A stretch of DNA of 62,908 nucleotides, filler included, from Jimgerdemannia flammicorona (lineage: Eukaryota), in assembly GCA_003990765.1 (NCBI GenBank). It is 3 parts of 3 records of this genome, joined end to end, with 100 filler letters (N's around TTAATTAATTAA, not from the genome) between each part and the next. Parts side by side here need not be neighbours in the genome. Positions count along the whole stretch, not along the records: positions 1 to 20,919 come from RBNJ01001568.1; positions 21,020 to 41,928 come from RBNJ01001570.1; 1 more part is not named here. The stretch is one strand, 5' to 3'. The notes below the pieces were generated by a model. That model did not search any database. It was not told the origin of the DNA and was given only the letters and a program-made list of their open reading frames with translations. Shown here in pieces: positions 12,031 through 24,792 of the stretch. Made by a program: the position numbers and the translations under genes. Position 1 is the first letter of the stretch, and each line of letters starts with the position of its first letter.

Positions 12031-12639
12031 AACAAAAGAAGTGACCGAAGGGACTCAGAACCACCAAACCAAAGGAATGACACCCAGTACAAGAAGACTG
12101 AAGCCCATCCTGTTGAAGATTTCGAGGAAGCAAGCAACAGTGAAGACTACAGTGACCTAGACTTGTACCCTACCAAGGTTACCACCCGAAAGACAGTCTA
12201 CCCAGCAGAGAAAAGAAAGAGACCTGTGGGAAGACCATCCAGGAACATCAGCAGGAGAATTATTCAAGAAGAAGATGAAGAACATGAGGAGGAACAAGTT
12301 GAAACACCTCCCTGAACCCCTTCACCTTTCATGCCCGAAACAAATGAGTTGCCACCAGAAGATGAAGAAATGGAACAAGAAGAACAGGAACCTGCTGCTC
12401 CAAAGTCTAAAAAGAAGTACACCCCAAAGACCATGCCTAGGGATATTTACAATGAAGCATGGCAGAAGATTCAAGAAGCCAAGATGGAAGTCCTTCTCCT
12501 GCAGTTCCTGCAACTGACACCAGCTGGAGTCCGAAACAAATTGCTGAGAACCACCAGGTCTAGCACCAGCTGAGTCCCAATCCCACAGCAAGAGCCAGCC
12601 TCCATCCCTGTCCAAGCAGCTGAAAGACATGTCAGCACC

Positions 12640-12990
12640 TACTTACATGGAGACATTGGAGGACAAAAAGCAAAAATCCTCATAGATACAGGAGCAGCTG
12701 TCTGTGTCATTGCCAAACGATTCTTGGACACCCTCCAATGGCCCATTGATGGACCATCCAACCTCAGCATCATAGTAGCAGATGGAGCCCGAACTCAACC
12801 CCTTGGAGAAGTATGAAATATTACCATCTCCCTTGGACATATTCAGTTCTCCATCCCCAAAGCTGTTGTCACCGAAGCTGTCACCTATGATATGATTCTT
12901 GGTGAAGGAAATGAATGCAGTTGTTGATATTGGCCAACAAGTACTCAAGTTTGACTACCGAGGCAAGAAGTATAGAGTTAAGGTGACCAG
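12640..12990 (+). pseudogene. Gypsy aspartic protease
   Basis: KILIDTGAAVCVI..IIVADG..PLG..YDMILG motifs. Confidence 0.85.
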
Positions 12991-14299
12991 CTACAAGCAA
13001 TCGAAAAAGAAGAAGAAGGTCACCATCCAAGAAGAATATGCCAGCTGTGAGGAGCCTACTACAGAGGAGGAAGAAGAATCTGAAGATGGGAATGATCCCA
13101 GACTCAATCCTCGAATCAACCTGGTGGATGACAGACCAGAAGACAATGTGTGGGCCAAGAACACTATCCCTATCACCATTGGAGCCATCGCAGGAGCAGC
13201 CAAAGGATGCCCTACATACCTCAAGAGACACAAGTGTCCTGAGCACTCCTCCAAGATCATGGGAAAGAGGAAATCGCCCGGTGCAGCTTGCCCAGAATGC
13301 AGAAGAAAGAAGAAGAAATGCAGACATGTTCCAGAAACACCTGTGACCAAAGCTGCAGAAGTACAAGCAATTTGGGGTCAAGAATCATCTGAGGAGGAAG
13401 AAACTTCTGACTAAGAAGTTCCTGAACAAGAAGTACCTAATGAAGAAGAAGTCCTCGAACTCATCCCCTGGGATGACCCCCACTGGACACCACCTGAGGA
13501 CAATGACCCCTGGAATACAGAGGAAGGACCCAGTACCATCATCATTATCCCCAAGAAAGAAACCCACCAAGAGAAAGCCTTCCGGCTAGGAAGATGTCCA
13601 CATCAAATTGTCTTCCACTCTCCCCGAGACTACTGCTATCAGTATCATCTGTTGGATCAACAAGAAAGACAGAGACCTCAGAGACCAGAACCCCCAACTA
13701 CTCTTGCACAGTCCACCACCTTTCAAGAGGTCACCACAAGGTTACAAAGTCGATTTAGGGGACAAGGCTTCTTCACCCAAACAGAAATATACCCCTTGTC
13801 TACCCTTCCCCCAACCTATGATCAAGATGGGTACCGATTCCCAGGACAACAAGAGATAAATAGCAGGGAACATCATTTCCGAGCAATGGAATATTGCAAC
13901 CATGGGAGACATCCTGATTGCTGAGACTGCAGACATCAGAAGATTCACCTCAGTCATGATGTTGCAGTACACACCCTGAAGAAAGGAGATAACCGAAGCC
14001 AGATCCAAAAAAGCCAGATTCGAAAAAGCCAGACTGAGAAGCCTGGAAAAAGAATTCTCAAGATCTACGATTTGGGAGAAGACATCCTAGCTCTTATCAG
14101 ACATGCAATCCGCCAAGGATGGGCAGAAGATGTCACCAACTTCATGGAAGCCCTTGATCCTATAGGAAGAAGGGGAATCAATTACCTCAGAGACCCCTCT
14201 ACTGGAGCCAGATGGCCACACCTCAACCTTAGAGCTTGGAGGCTTTCCGCCAGTGGAGCTTCAGCCTTAGGGAAGCCCGAACTCAGCAAGGATATTGCT

Positions 14300-14705
14300 C
14301 AGTATGCCCTGCTGCACCCCAAGGCCAAACCCCCGACCAAAGCCCACCCAGAGGATATAGGATATGATCTTCACAGCCTGGAGGATGAATCTATCAAGCC
14401 AGGAAAAACCTTCATGATCAGAATGGGATTAGCCATGCAGCTACCCCAGGGAGCTTACATTCAACTGACCTCAAGGTCTGGACTTGCCAAACAGGGGATA
14501 ACTGTAGAAGGAGGAACCATTGACTCTGGATATATAGGCGAAATCAAGGTTATCCTACACAACAGCAGTGCAGAATGGCACCGAATCATTAGAGGACAGA
14601 AGATTGCCCAGGCAGTCTTCATGAAGGTCAAGACCCCACAGTTACAGGAAGTCTCTGGACTAACTGAAAGGATAAGACAAGCTGAAGGATTTAGAAGTTC
14701 AGATA
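14300..14705 (+). pseudogene. Retroelement-borne trimeric dUTPase domain
   Basis: GYDL, SRSGLA, GTIDSGYIGEIKV, KIAQ and RQAEGFRSS match dUTPase motifs I-V in ORF 14072-14944. Confidence 0.92.
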
Positions 14706-15211
14706 GGAAAGAGGTACATCTCCTTCAAGTCAACCACCTCAAAAGGAATGTACCCCAGCAAGTATACCACCAACCAGTCAGACTGTACAAGAATCTCATC
14801 CTGGAGCCTGGAGAACAAACCACTTTCGAAATCTTTGCACCACCCGACCCCAGGAACCTTTTCTTTGAACCCAAGGAAGATATCCCACACCTGGACATAG
14901 AGGGACACACATTCCCTGACAAGATGAACCCAGTACACTCCTGAGCAACCAACCAAAGTTGGGAGACCATCATCCTGCCAAAAGGAACCATCATAGGACA
15001 TCTGGTGCCTTTTCTCAACCGAACTCATAGGGAAGTTTATGAACTAAACCTATCAGGAAACGGCAAAAGGTCCCAGAAGAAAGGAAAGGCCCCTCTGCGA
15101 CCCAGGAGACAGTGAAGCCTTCCACCAACATTGGAGAAGAATTGACACCTCAACAACAGCAACAACTAGTAGAACTTCTCAACAAATATCAAGATATCTT
15201 CACTACCAATT

Positions 15212-15670
15212 ATGGCAACCCCATCATATCACCACAGCATAAATACAGGAAGTGCAACACCCATCTGGCAGAAACCCTATAGAATACCCCATCACTTGAA
15301 AACATTCGAAAAGGAGCACATCCAAGAACTCTTGGACAATGGAGTCATCCGACCCTCTACTAGCCCCTGGGCTAACCCTATACTTATTGTACCAAAGAAA
15401 GGAGGATGGAGACTCTGCGTGGATTACAGAAAACTCAACTCAGTCACTGAGAAGGATGCTTACCCTTTACCCAGAATCGATGACCTTTTGGCCCAGTTAC
15501 AAGATGCCAGATACTTCAGCAGTATGGACCTCTTCGCAGGATTCCACGAAATCCCCATGGACCCCAAGGACATTCAAAAGACAGCCTTCCTTGCTTTAGG
15601 AAAACTGTTTGAATATCTCCGAATGCCCTTTGGACTTTGCAATGCACCCCCCACCTTTCAGAGAATGATG
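15212..15670 (+). pseudogene. Gypsy RT N-terminal half, truncated
   Basis: SPWANP..WRLCVDYRKLN..YPLPRIDD..DLFAGFHEI..KTAF..MPFGLCNAPPTFQRMM, then an abrupt end. Confidence 0.93.
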
Positions 15671-15750
15671 ATGGAACAGGTATAGATGCAGAAGCTACTT
15701 ATGCCTATTGGGATGATGACTGAAGAATAGTCTGGGGCAGACTACCCTTC

Positions 15751-15762
15751 AGTGGGGGCTGA
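15751..15762 (+). promoter_or_regulatory. Polypurine tract
   Basis: AGTGGGGGCTGA immediately precedes the 3' LTR; the same motif precedes the LTR at 19652 on the minus strand. Confidence 0.75.
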
Positions 15763-17224
15763 TGTAACAGACCAAAACATACCACCTGAATTATAACTTA
15801 GCCAGATGACATGAACAATTAGCATACTTACTCAGCATGATGTGACTTCCAGTATATCATAGTTACTCATGCCCGCCACACTTATAATTAGCCAAGACAC
15901 CAGATCAGGATTGTTTACCTATGTCCTGAGGACACACTCATGTCCAGTGGACACACTCATGTCCTGCGGACACACTCATGTCCGGCGGACACACTCATGT
16001 TCTGCAGACACACTCATGTCCTGTGGACACACCTGTACCCAGAGGATACACCCAAACATTACCAAAGATAGCAAATCTATAGTTAGCCACATAGCAACCA
16101 GATAGTAACCAACTTGTATAAATTACCCCAGAGGCGAGAGTGAATAAAACCTCAGTCTGCAATATAAATACCAAACAAGCCTCTAAAGATTGAGCATTGG
16201 TCCCCTTTCCACTCCGGTCCACTTTCTGATACAAAGCTGATTTTGCCGCCAAGTTCAAGGAAGAACTTTGCCACTCTTGGAACTATTGGTTCACTTGTCA
16301 GATAAGCCTGAAGATTTGCCGCCGAGTTCAAGGAAGAACTTCGCCACTGTTTCCTAGAAGATCACCATTTCCGAGTTATCCTCCGCCTTCCCAAGAAAGC
16401 CGCCTTACTCAAGCCAGTTTCTGATACAACTTCGCAGTAATCTGTTCACACAAACGAAGCCAGTCTTTGATGCAACTTTGCCAAGAGACCCTTTCCAAGA
16501 ACGCTGCCAGTAGTTCATATTCCCAGTTAAAGCCACCGATTTAGAAGAATCCGCACCATCCCATTTCCCAGTTAGAACCCTGCTGATTCAGGAAGAATCC
16601 GCGCCATCTGAGTTAATTCCCAGTTAAGCCGCCATTTTCAAGAAGTCCACCGATTCAGGAAGAATCCGTGTCATTCACCATTTTCAAGTTATCTGCATTC
16701 CCAGAGAATTCGCACCACCTGAGTCGTTGTCCCCAGAGGAGCCCAACCTGCAACATCTGAGTTATTCGTCATTCCCAGTGAGCCTGGAAGAATCCACCGC
16801 CTGTACTATTTCCAGTAACAAGAACCCACACCATATATTCCCAGTGAGCCAAATCGAGTTATCCGCCAAATCCGCATAAGGAGAACCACTAAATTGCCAG
16901 ACCGTCACACATAAGGAGATCGTCGCGCTACACAGAGATCATCATGCAGAAATCAGAAGATGTCACTCAAGAAGGAAACCGCTTGTACTATACACAAATT
17001 CTGCCATTCCCAGTTGACCCAAGAAGGAGAAGACACAAAAATCGCCGCTACACCCAGAGAACTGTCCCAATAAGGAAATTGCTCGCACAGTATCCAGATC
17101 TTGACTATTATACTGCTAAACACCAAGAACATTTTGTTGCTTTTAACAAAGTAACTGGGGGCTCAAGCTAAACTACATCAACCCCCAATCTTGTAATTTG
17201 CCTCTATTGAGCTGGTATGTTACA
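15763..17224 (+). repeat. 3' LTR
   Basis: Direct repeat of 9077-10539; differences are mostly at CpG/TpG/CpA positions. Confidence 0.95.
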
Positions 17225-18200
17225 CTAGTCAACAGAATATGGCCACAGCTCTCAAGATCACTAGTGCTACACAATGAGCCATAGAAAGACAATGGTGTAC
17301 TACCAAGCTGCCAACAATGAAGGAATTCTTTGACAGCATCCAAAGTATAGTACAGATATATCTGTCACAAATTTCACACTTCAAGACTTACTAGAATTAG
17401 ACAGAGCTTCAAGAATATTTCAAGATAGGACAGCTACTGAATTTATAGTCAGAAATGAGAAAAGAAGACTGGATCAGAGAGTGTCAGCTCTCTCACTCTC
17501 AGATCACAATTGCCAAATAAGTTATAAGCTGTTCTAAGATGATGAGGCAGTTCTAGCCCATTTCTGAAAAGTAGTTTCAGGAGATTTCAGATATATCAAG
17601 AAATGCTATTGGGAGAATATAATAATGCAAATTGCACAGTATAAGGAGATATAAATCATAGAAGCTTGTAAGTGAATAGGATGTTTTAGAGATAAATCAC
17701 CTATTTAGGAGGAAGTTATGATGGTTGATCTGAATTAGAAATAAGAATCAGAGGAATTAGACATTTGATTGCAGTATCTAAACCCAATTCCCAATATAGT
17801 ATAATCTTACAAATAGCAGTCATTTCACAATTGTTATAGTTTTCACAAATGTTAAACTCTTTACAAATGTCAAGAATTTATAGATGTTAAAGTCTTGATG
17901 ATTGTCAAAGTTTTAACAGATTTTAAGGATTAATACTTATGAAAAGTGACTTATAACTTAGTCATAACTTAGATATCTTATAGCTATCAAACTTATATAA
18001 ATATCCCCAGTATCTAGAGTAAATAAACCTCAAATCGAAATAGTTCAAAAGCAAAGAGAAAGTAAAGAAACTAGTAAGCCTACAAATAGATATACTTTGA
18101 ACTCACCCACCCCAGCATTCTGAGGACTCTGTAGAGTCAATGAAGATCAAGTTTTCAAGATACAGAAATCAACATACTTCTAAGGTTGAGTGTCTACTAT
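17225..18200 (+). mobile_element. 3' continuation of the host Gypsy element: degenerate post-integrase ORF and probable LTR from ~17717
   Basis: ISYKLF*DDEAVLAHF*KVVSGDF resembles the accessory ORF. Purine tract AGGAGGAAG at ~17707; TATATAAA..GAGTAAATAAACCTCA LTR motif at ~17995-18031. Confidence 0.55.
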
Positions 18201-18321
18201 GTTACATTATATATATAAGTCAAACTTTATCTTTAAAAGAGCTTTATTTAATAAATCTGCAATTATATACTCTATTAGGGTATACTCTAGATTTATATTA
18301 TTGTTTTCTATATCTTTCTGT

Positions 18322-20871
18322 TGTAATATGCCTGACTCAATAGAGACAAATTACAAGATTGGGGGTTGATGTAGTTTGGCTTGAGCTTACAGTTACTTTG
18401 TTAAAAAGTAATAAAATGTTTTAAGATTCTTGATATCCTTATTGGTATTTAGTAGTATAATAGTCAAAGCTGGATATCTATGAGTGATTTTCTTATTGAG
18501 ACAGATTCTTGAGTACAGCAGCAATTTGTATATATAACAGATGATTTTAGTGAAGTTTGACAATCTCTAAATAGTATAGTAATCTTCTTATATATAATAG
18601 TCTAGTAATTTAGCAGTTTTTCTTCTTGGGTAGCAGGTGATCTCTGTGTGACAATCTTGGTAGTATTCCATATTTGGTGAGAACTTGGTTTGGCAAAGAT
18701 TCTCCTAAATCAGACTTACTTAGAATAGAGAATAACATGGATTTTTCTGAATTGAGCATACTGGAAATGAACAAATAACTCAGATAGCACAGATAACTTA
18801 GATAACTTGGATGATATAGATAACTTAGATAACTCAGATAATGCAGATTCTTTCTGAATCAACAGGCTTCTGGGGAATATCAGATAACTTAATAATTCAG
18901 ATAACTTTGATAACTTGGATATTGCAGATTCTTTCTGAATTGTTGGCTTCTGGGAACTATCAGGTTTCTTGAGCAAAGTTGCATCAAGACTGACTTTATT
19001 TTTATGGAGTTATATCATTAGATGAGCTCTACTATAAAGTTGCATCAATAGACTGACTTTGTGACAAGGTTTCATATAGTGAGTACTCTGGAAATGGTAG
19101 CAAAGTCCTTCACTTGAACTTGGTGACAAACTCAGATTCTTCAGACTTAGTCTGGTAAGTATATCAAAATACAGTGACTTATTCCTTAAGCAGCAGGTTT
19201 CTCTTCAAAAGGCAGTGATGTTTTTCACTCAAACTTTGGTAATAAATCTTCACACTATCTGATAAGTGTACTTATTAATCTTTAAATTAAAAAGTGGACC
19301 AGAGTTGGAAAAAGAGACCAATGCTCAATCTTTAGAGGCTTCTTTGGTTTACTTCAACTTTTCAGACTGAGGTTTATTCACTCTTGTCTCTGGGGTATTT
19401 TATATAGTTATGGTTACTATCTAGTTATTATATTGCTAACTATATATTGCTATTTAGAGCAAGTATTCCTAGATAGTATAGTGTACTCACTTGGTATAGT
19501 ATACCTACTTGGTATAGGTAAACATACTGTTTCTGATATCTCTGGCTAATTATACAAATTGGTACAGTAAAGCAGTCTTTTTTACTTAGTGCACTAGATT
19601 TGATATATGGCTAATTTATGATTTCAGTGATACAATTCTGCTGCTTGTCATATCAGCCCCCACTAAAGGATGGTTTGCTCTCAGACAATCCTTTAGTTAT
19701 CATTCTAATATGCATAAGTATCTTCAGTATCAATATTGGAATTAGTATCTTTATTTGGATCAGAGTCACTCTATTTGACAGGTTCTTCTTCTTCCTCTGA
19801 AAACAGGATTTTGACATAGTTGATAATGTATCAGTAGGTAGCAGGATTTATATTTTATATATTATTCAGGAAGAATTGTACCTATATCAATGCTGGGATG
19901 TTTCATTTGTAGATTATGTATAGTCTGTCTGTAGCAGTGGTATTTTTCAAGGTGAGGCCAGTAGAGTTCCTGATGTAGGTTAGGTCTGCTGCTGGAAGGT
20001 TTTGCAACTGATCTCTAATTACATAGTAGGCCTGTAGCTAGTGGGCTTGCAGTAAACATCTGGTCAGGGTGAGATTCTCTTGATAGGTCTGGATTCATTG
20101 AAGGGGGTTTCCATTGGCTTGTTGGAATTGTGAAAGAAGAACTGGGAGTAATTGGAATGAACTCAGACCAAGGGTCTGAAGGTACTGGTCAATTGTCTAG
20201 TTTATGGTAAAAGAGGTATATCTTGAGGCAGTTAATATATACTGGTATTCTGAGAGTTCATCCATCCATACTTTTTAAATAGATACTGGTTCCTCTGATG
20301 TTGTGTACAAGATAAGGTCCTTCAACTCCAGTTTGGTGGCAAAATTTGTTTCAATTATACTTCTTCAAATTAGTACTTGATCTCCAATCTTGATCTTCTG
20401 ATTCTTCTACTTCTGGTCATAGTACTTCTTTTGTCTTTCTTGGCCTTTGATAATCTGAATCCATGCTTGATTATATAATAGTTCTGTATTCTTGAGGAGG
20501 TCTCTAAGATTCTCATAGTTAGCAGTTCTGATTTTCTTGACAAATATAATCTTGAAGGGCTTTTGTTTGGTAGAGGTCACAGATGTATTCTGGATTTCTC
20601 ATAAGATCTCAGATAAGCAGATGTTCTAGTTAGTAGGATTGACTCAAGCAAGTCCTTTCTTGATGGTCTGGTTCATTCTTTCTGTCATGCCATTAGTCTG
20701 AGGGTAGTATGATGTGATCTGTTTGAGGTGAGTCTTGTAAATTTAGACATAACTTGTGATTATATTATTGATAAATTCTGTGTCTTAGTTAGAGATAAGC
20801 TCTTCTAGAGGTTTATATCTAAGTGTGAGTCCATGGAGAAGACCTATAATCATCAAGACATCTGCAATTTT

Positions 20872-20875
<4 letters not shown>
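18322..20875 (-). mobile_element. 3' part of a degenerate Gypsy element related to 9077-17224 (integrase, accessory ORF 19693-20114, PPT, LTR 18322-19652)
   Basis: LTR end matches the reverse complement of ~10470-10539; PPT at 19653-19664; integrase motif PQTNGMTERMNQTIKKGL at ~20650-20710. Confidence 0.85.
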
Positions 20876-20919
<44 letters not shown>

Positions 20920-21019
20920 NNNNNNNNNNNNNNNNNNNNNNNNNNNNNNNNNNNNNNNNNNNNTTAATTAATTAANNNNNNNNNNNNNNNNNNNNNNNNN
21001 NNNNNNNNNNNNNNNNNNN
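20920..21019. other. Assembly gap (100 nt, central TTAATTAATTAA linker)
   Basis: N-run with an artificial all-frame-stop linker. Confidence 0.97.
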
Positions 21020-21063
<44 letters not shown>

Positions 21064-23698
21064 ATTAATAAAAATAATAATCACATCAGTTCTCTTCTTT
21101 ATTTTTAGTAGTTAGACAATAAAGTCCATTCTGATGTAGTCCTAATTTTGAATAAAAACTAATAATAACTAAAGTATTTCTATTGAAACTTAGTTACTAG
21201 ACTTGTATCTTTGACAAATATTATAGAATACAATATAGTTCTTAATATTGACTATTATCTTAGACTAGTAGAAGTCTTAGATGATATATTAGTACATCTT
21301 GTCAAATTCTATATAACTAGCTATAGAATTTATAAATAGATAGAGATGTCTGAAATCTAAATTCTTATATTATTAAGATATATATATTTATTTTGAATAG
21401 AAATATTCTTGTATATTTTCCTTATAATATTGTTTTCTTTTGAAAATTTGTTTTATAATTTTTTATTATATTAGTATTATGATGAGTAATATAAGTATAA
21501 TGAAAAGATATAACTCTTATATATTATGATTATCCTCATAGTTACTTAGTTATTATAGAAATTATATAAATAGTACAAAATATCTAGACTAAGATAACTA
21601 AATCTTAAAGATACTATATCTCAAAAGTACTATATTCTGAGGATACAGAAGAAGTTACATACTATATTTAATTATCTAGATAGTAGCTGAGATACCAATT
21701 AACTTGGATAAAATACCCTAGAGATAAGAGTAAATAAACCTCAGTTTAAAATTAAATCTAAAGCAATAGCTTCTCTGGTCTACTTTCTAATACAAAGATT
21801 GATAGGTATACTTATCAGATAAGCCTAAATAATCTGAGAAATCTGCCAAGTTTGAGTAAAGAACTTCATTACTATTTGAAGGAGAAATCCACTACTTAAG
21901 AAATAGACCACTATTTAAGTAAACCTACTACTCAAGAAAGAGCTGCCATTTTTAAGAAGTCTGACTCTTGTTACAAAGCCAGTCTATTTGATACAACTTT
22001 ATAATAGAGCTAGTCCTTGATATAACTCTATATAAATGAAGCCAGTCTTTGATGTAACTTTGTCAAGAGCCTGCTATCTGAGCCATTTCTCAGAGAGTCT
22101 GTCTACATTCCAATATAAAATCAGTCTACTTTAATGTAACTTTGCAGTAGAGCCAGTCTATCTGACATAACTCTATACAAATAAAGCTAGTCTTTGACAT
22201 AACTTTGCCAAGAATTCATACTATCTGAGTTATTTTTCAGAGAGTCTGCCAAGATCATTATATTAGAAATTATTTACTTTTAGAGATCAGTATACTATAT
22301 AGAGATCATTATACTATATAGAAGATCATCATACAGAAATCATATAAGAAATCTGCTCATACTACATATACAGATTACTGTAATATTTAAAGAACCATTT
22401 CAATAAGGAAATTAACATACAAATTAGCCCCTATATTTAGATTTAACTACTATTATACTACTAAATACTAAGAACTTCAGGAATTATAAAATATTTTATT
22501 ACTTTTTAACAAAGTAACTAAGAGCTCAAGCCAAACTACATTAACTTCTAACCTTGTAATTTACCTCCATTGAGTCAGGCATATTATATTTGGAGGCTCA
22601 ACTGAGAAGATTTTGAAATCTACATAAGAACTTTTAACTAAAAAGATTTCAAAATCAATATAACTTCTTAGCTTACAAGAACTTACAGTCAAACTGGATA
22701 TATTTAATATAACACTAATCTTTATCACTATAGAAAAATTAGTTATTACTAGTATTTGGATAGAAAGAGAAGTAATTACTTCAAGACTTATCAATTATCC
22801 ATCATCAGAAAGATTCTAACCAGAGGCTAGCACAGTATATAATTTTCAGTCAGTACTAACAAACTTTCTATCAGACTAACCAGATCAATTAGATTATACA
22901 GACAGCTCTGCCAGAGTCTTTAACAAGCTTACACAGGAGTTAGAAGACCTCATTATACAAGCCTAATTTCTTACAGAAGTTCCACCAATTTTGCCTATTG
23001 AATCTCTACCACCAACTATCACAGAATTAGAAAAACTAGAAATAGCTCTCTCAAGAATACCTAGACCCATTGTACCTTGCCCAAGATCTATAATACTATC
23101 TTTAGAATACCCAAGTATCCTGAACTCCAGTAATAACTCAGGAAGTAAACCAGAATCAAAATTGGAATCTGAATTAGAATTAGAATCAGAACCAGAAGAC
23201 AGTAATGACAAAATAGCTATCCAAATACTAACTTTTGCAGGATATCTAGAGGAAGATACAAGGAAATTCCTTAATGAAATTAAAGAGATCATAGCTCTGA
23301 AGAACCTTCTTTCTGAAAGAAAAATTGCCATCTATAAGACCCAGCTCAGAGAACCAGCCAAGGGAATTTTTCATTAAGTAGCAAATAATCCACACTTAGA
23401 TCTAAGAGCTACCATTTATATAACAACAATCTATCTAATAGAATATAAAGCCATGGTCTACTAGCTTATTGAAAAGTATATAGAGAATGAAATCTGCTAC
23501 AAGACTTAAGAATCTATTATAAGAGTGAAGATAAATCTTAGAGAATTACCTAGAGTATTCTTTATAAGAATTCAAATAAGAATATATATAGCTAGGTTCA
23601 ATGCCACCAACTAAGATATTATAGGCCCAATGACTTTATGAATAGGATTCCCCAAAATATTACTCAGTATATCTATATCCTAGATATCAGAAGGTCTG

Positions 23699-24792
23699 CA
23701 TCAGGCACCCCTTTCTCTGCTACCTTACTGGTCACAATGGTTTGGTAGGCCACAGGCAACACGGGCAATACAGGCAACACAGGCAACACAGGCAATATGG
23801 ACAAGATGGGCAAGATGGGCAAGACAGCAAGATGGCAAGACAGGTGACATAGGCAAGACAGGCAGATAGCAAGACAAGTGATATGGGCAAAATGGACAAC
23901 ATGAGCAATATGGGCAATACAGGCAACATGGGCAACACAGGTAATACAGACAACATGGGTAGGCAAGACAGGCAAGACAGGCAAGATGGGCAAGATGGCA
24001 AGACAATAAGATAGATGATATGGGTAAGATGGGCAAGACAGGTAAGATGGACAAGATGGGCAAGACAGGCAAGATGGACAAGATGGGCAAGATGGGCAAG
24101 ACAGGTAAGACAGGCAAGACGACAAGATGGCAAGATGGGTGATATGGGCAATATGGGTAGACAGCAAGACAGGTGACATGAGTAAGATGGGCAAAATGGG
24201 CAAAATGGGCAATACAGGCAACACGGGCAACACGGGCAATACAGGCAGGCAATACAGGCAATATAGGCAACATGGGCAACATGGGTGGGCAACATAGGCA
24301 ATATGGGCAATATGGGTGGGCAACATGGGCAACACGGACAACATGAGCAATATGGACAACATGGGCAGGCAAGACAGACAAGACAGGCAAGATGGCAAGA
24401 TGGGTAACATGGGCAATATGGGCAACACAGGTGGGCAAGATGGACAAGATGGGCAAGATGGGCAAGATGGCAAGATAGCAATATAGGCAATATGGGCGGG
24501 CAAGACAGGCTAGATGGACAAGACAGGAGGTACTAATAGGAGTAGGTCAGGTACACTAGATGCCAAGTACTTGAGGTGGTTGGGGCTTACAACCCATACC
24601 CACTGGATGGGGCAGACTGGGTAAGAGGATCTAGTTATTTGGGCATTGAGGTCACAACTCACACTCTAAAGGTACAAGGCTGAGAGTGGGTTGAGATTGG
24701 GGTAGAATGGGACTACTGATGTTGTATGAGGATATGTGGCATGTTATAGATAGTTAATAAATGAGGATTAAAAAAAAAAAAAAAAAAAAAAA
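23699..24792 (+). mobile_element. Non-LTR (TPRT-type) retro-insertion carrying a 9-bp-unit minisatellite
   Basis: 17-bp TSD AGATATCAGAAGGTCTG (23682-23698, 24793-24809); AATAAA at 24756-24761; poly(A) at 24770-24792; interrupts gag. Confidence 0.88.
23750..24528 (+). repeat. Degenerate minisatellite (GGCAAGATG/GGCAACACG/GGCAATATG units)
   Basis: Directly visible; explains the three Cys/Pro-rich minus-strand ORFs. Confidence 0.92.

Larger units (their letters stand above)
9077..17224 (+). mobile_element. Ty3/Gypsy LTR retrotransposon with dUTPase, two LTRs, internally deleted (no YxDD, RNase H or integrase)
   Basis: ~1.46-kb TGTAACA..TGTTACA LTRs; CTAG TSD (9073-9076, 17225-17228); PBS and PPT; gag, protease, dUTPase and truncated RT. 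Confidence 0.95.

Noticed and set aside
20964..20975. TTAATTAATTAA palindrome (also in the second gap)
   Set aside because: Artificial linker inside N gaps.
23673..24503. Cys/Pro-rich metallothionein-like ORFs
   Set aside because: All three minus frames are open because of the repeat composition, and they are antisense to the poly(A) orientation.
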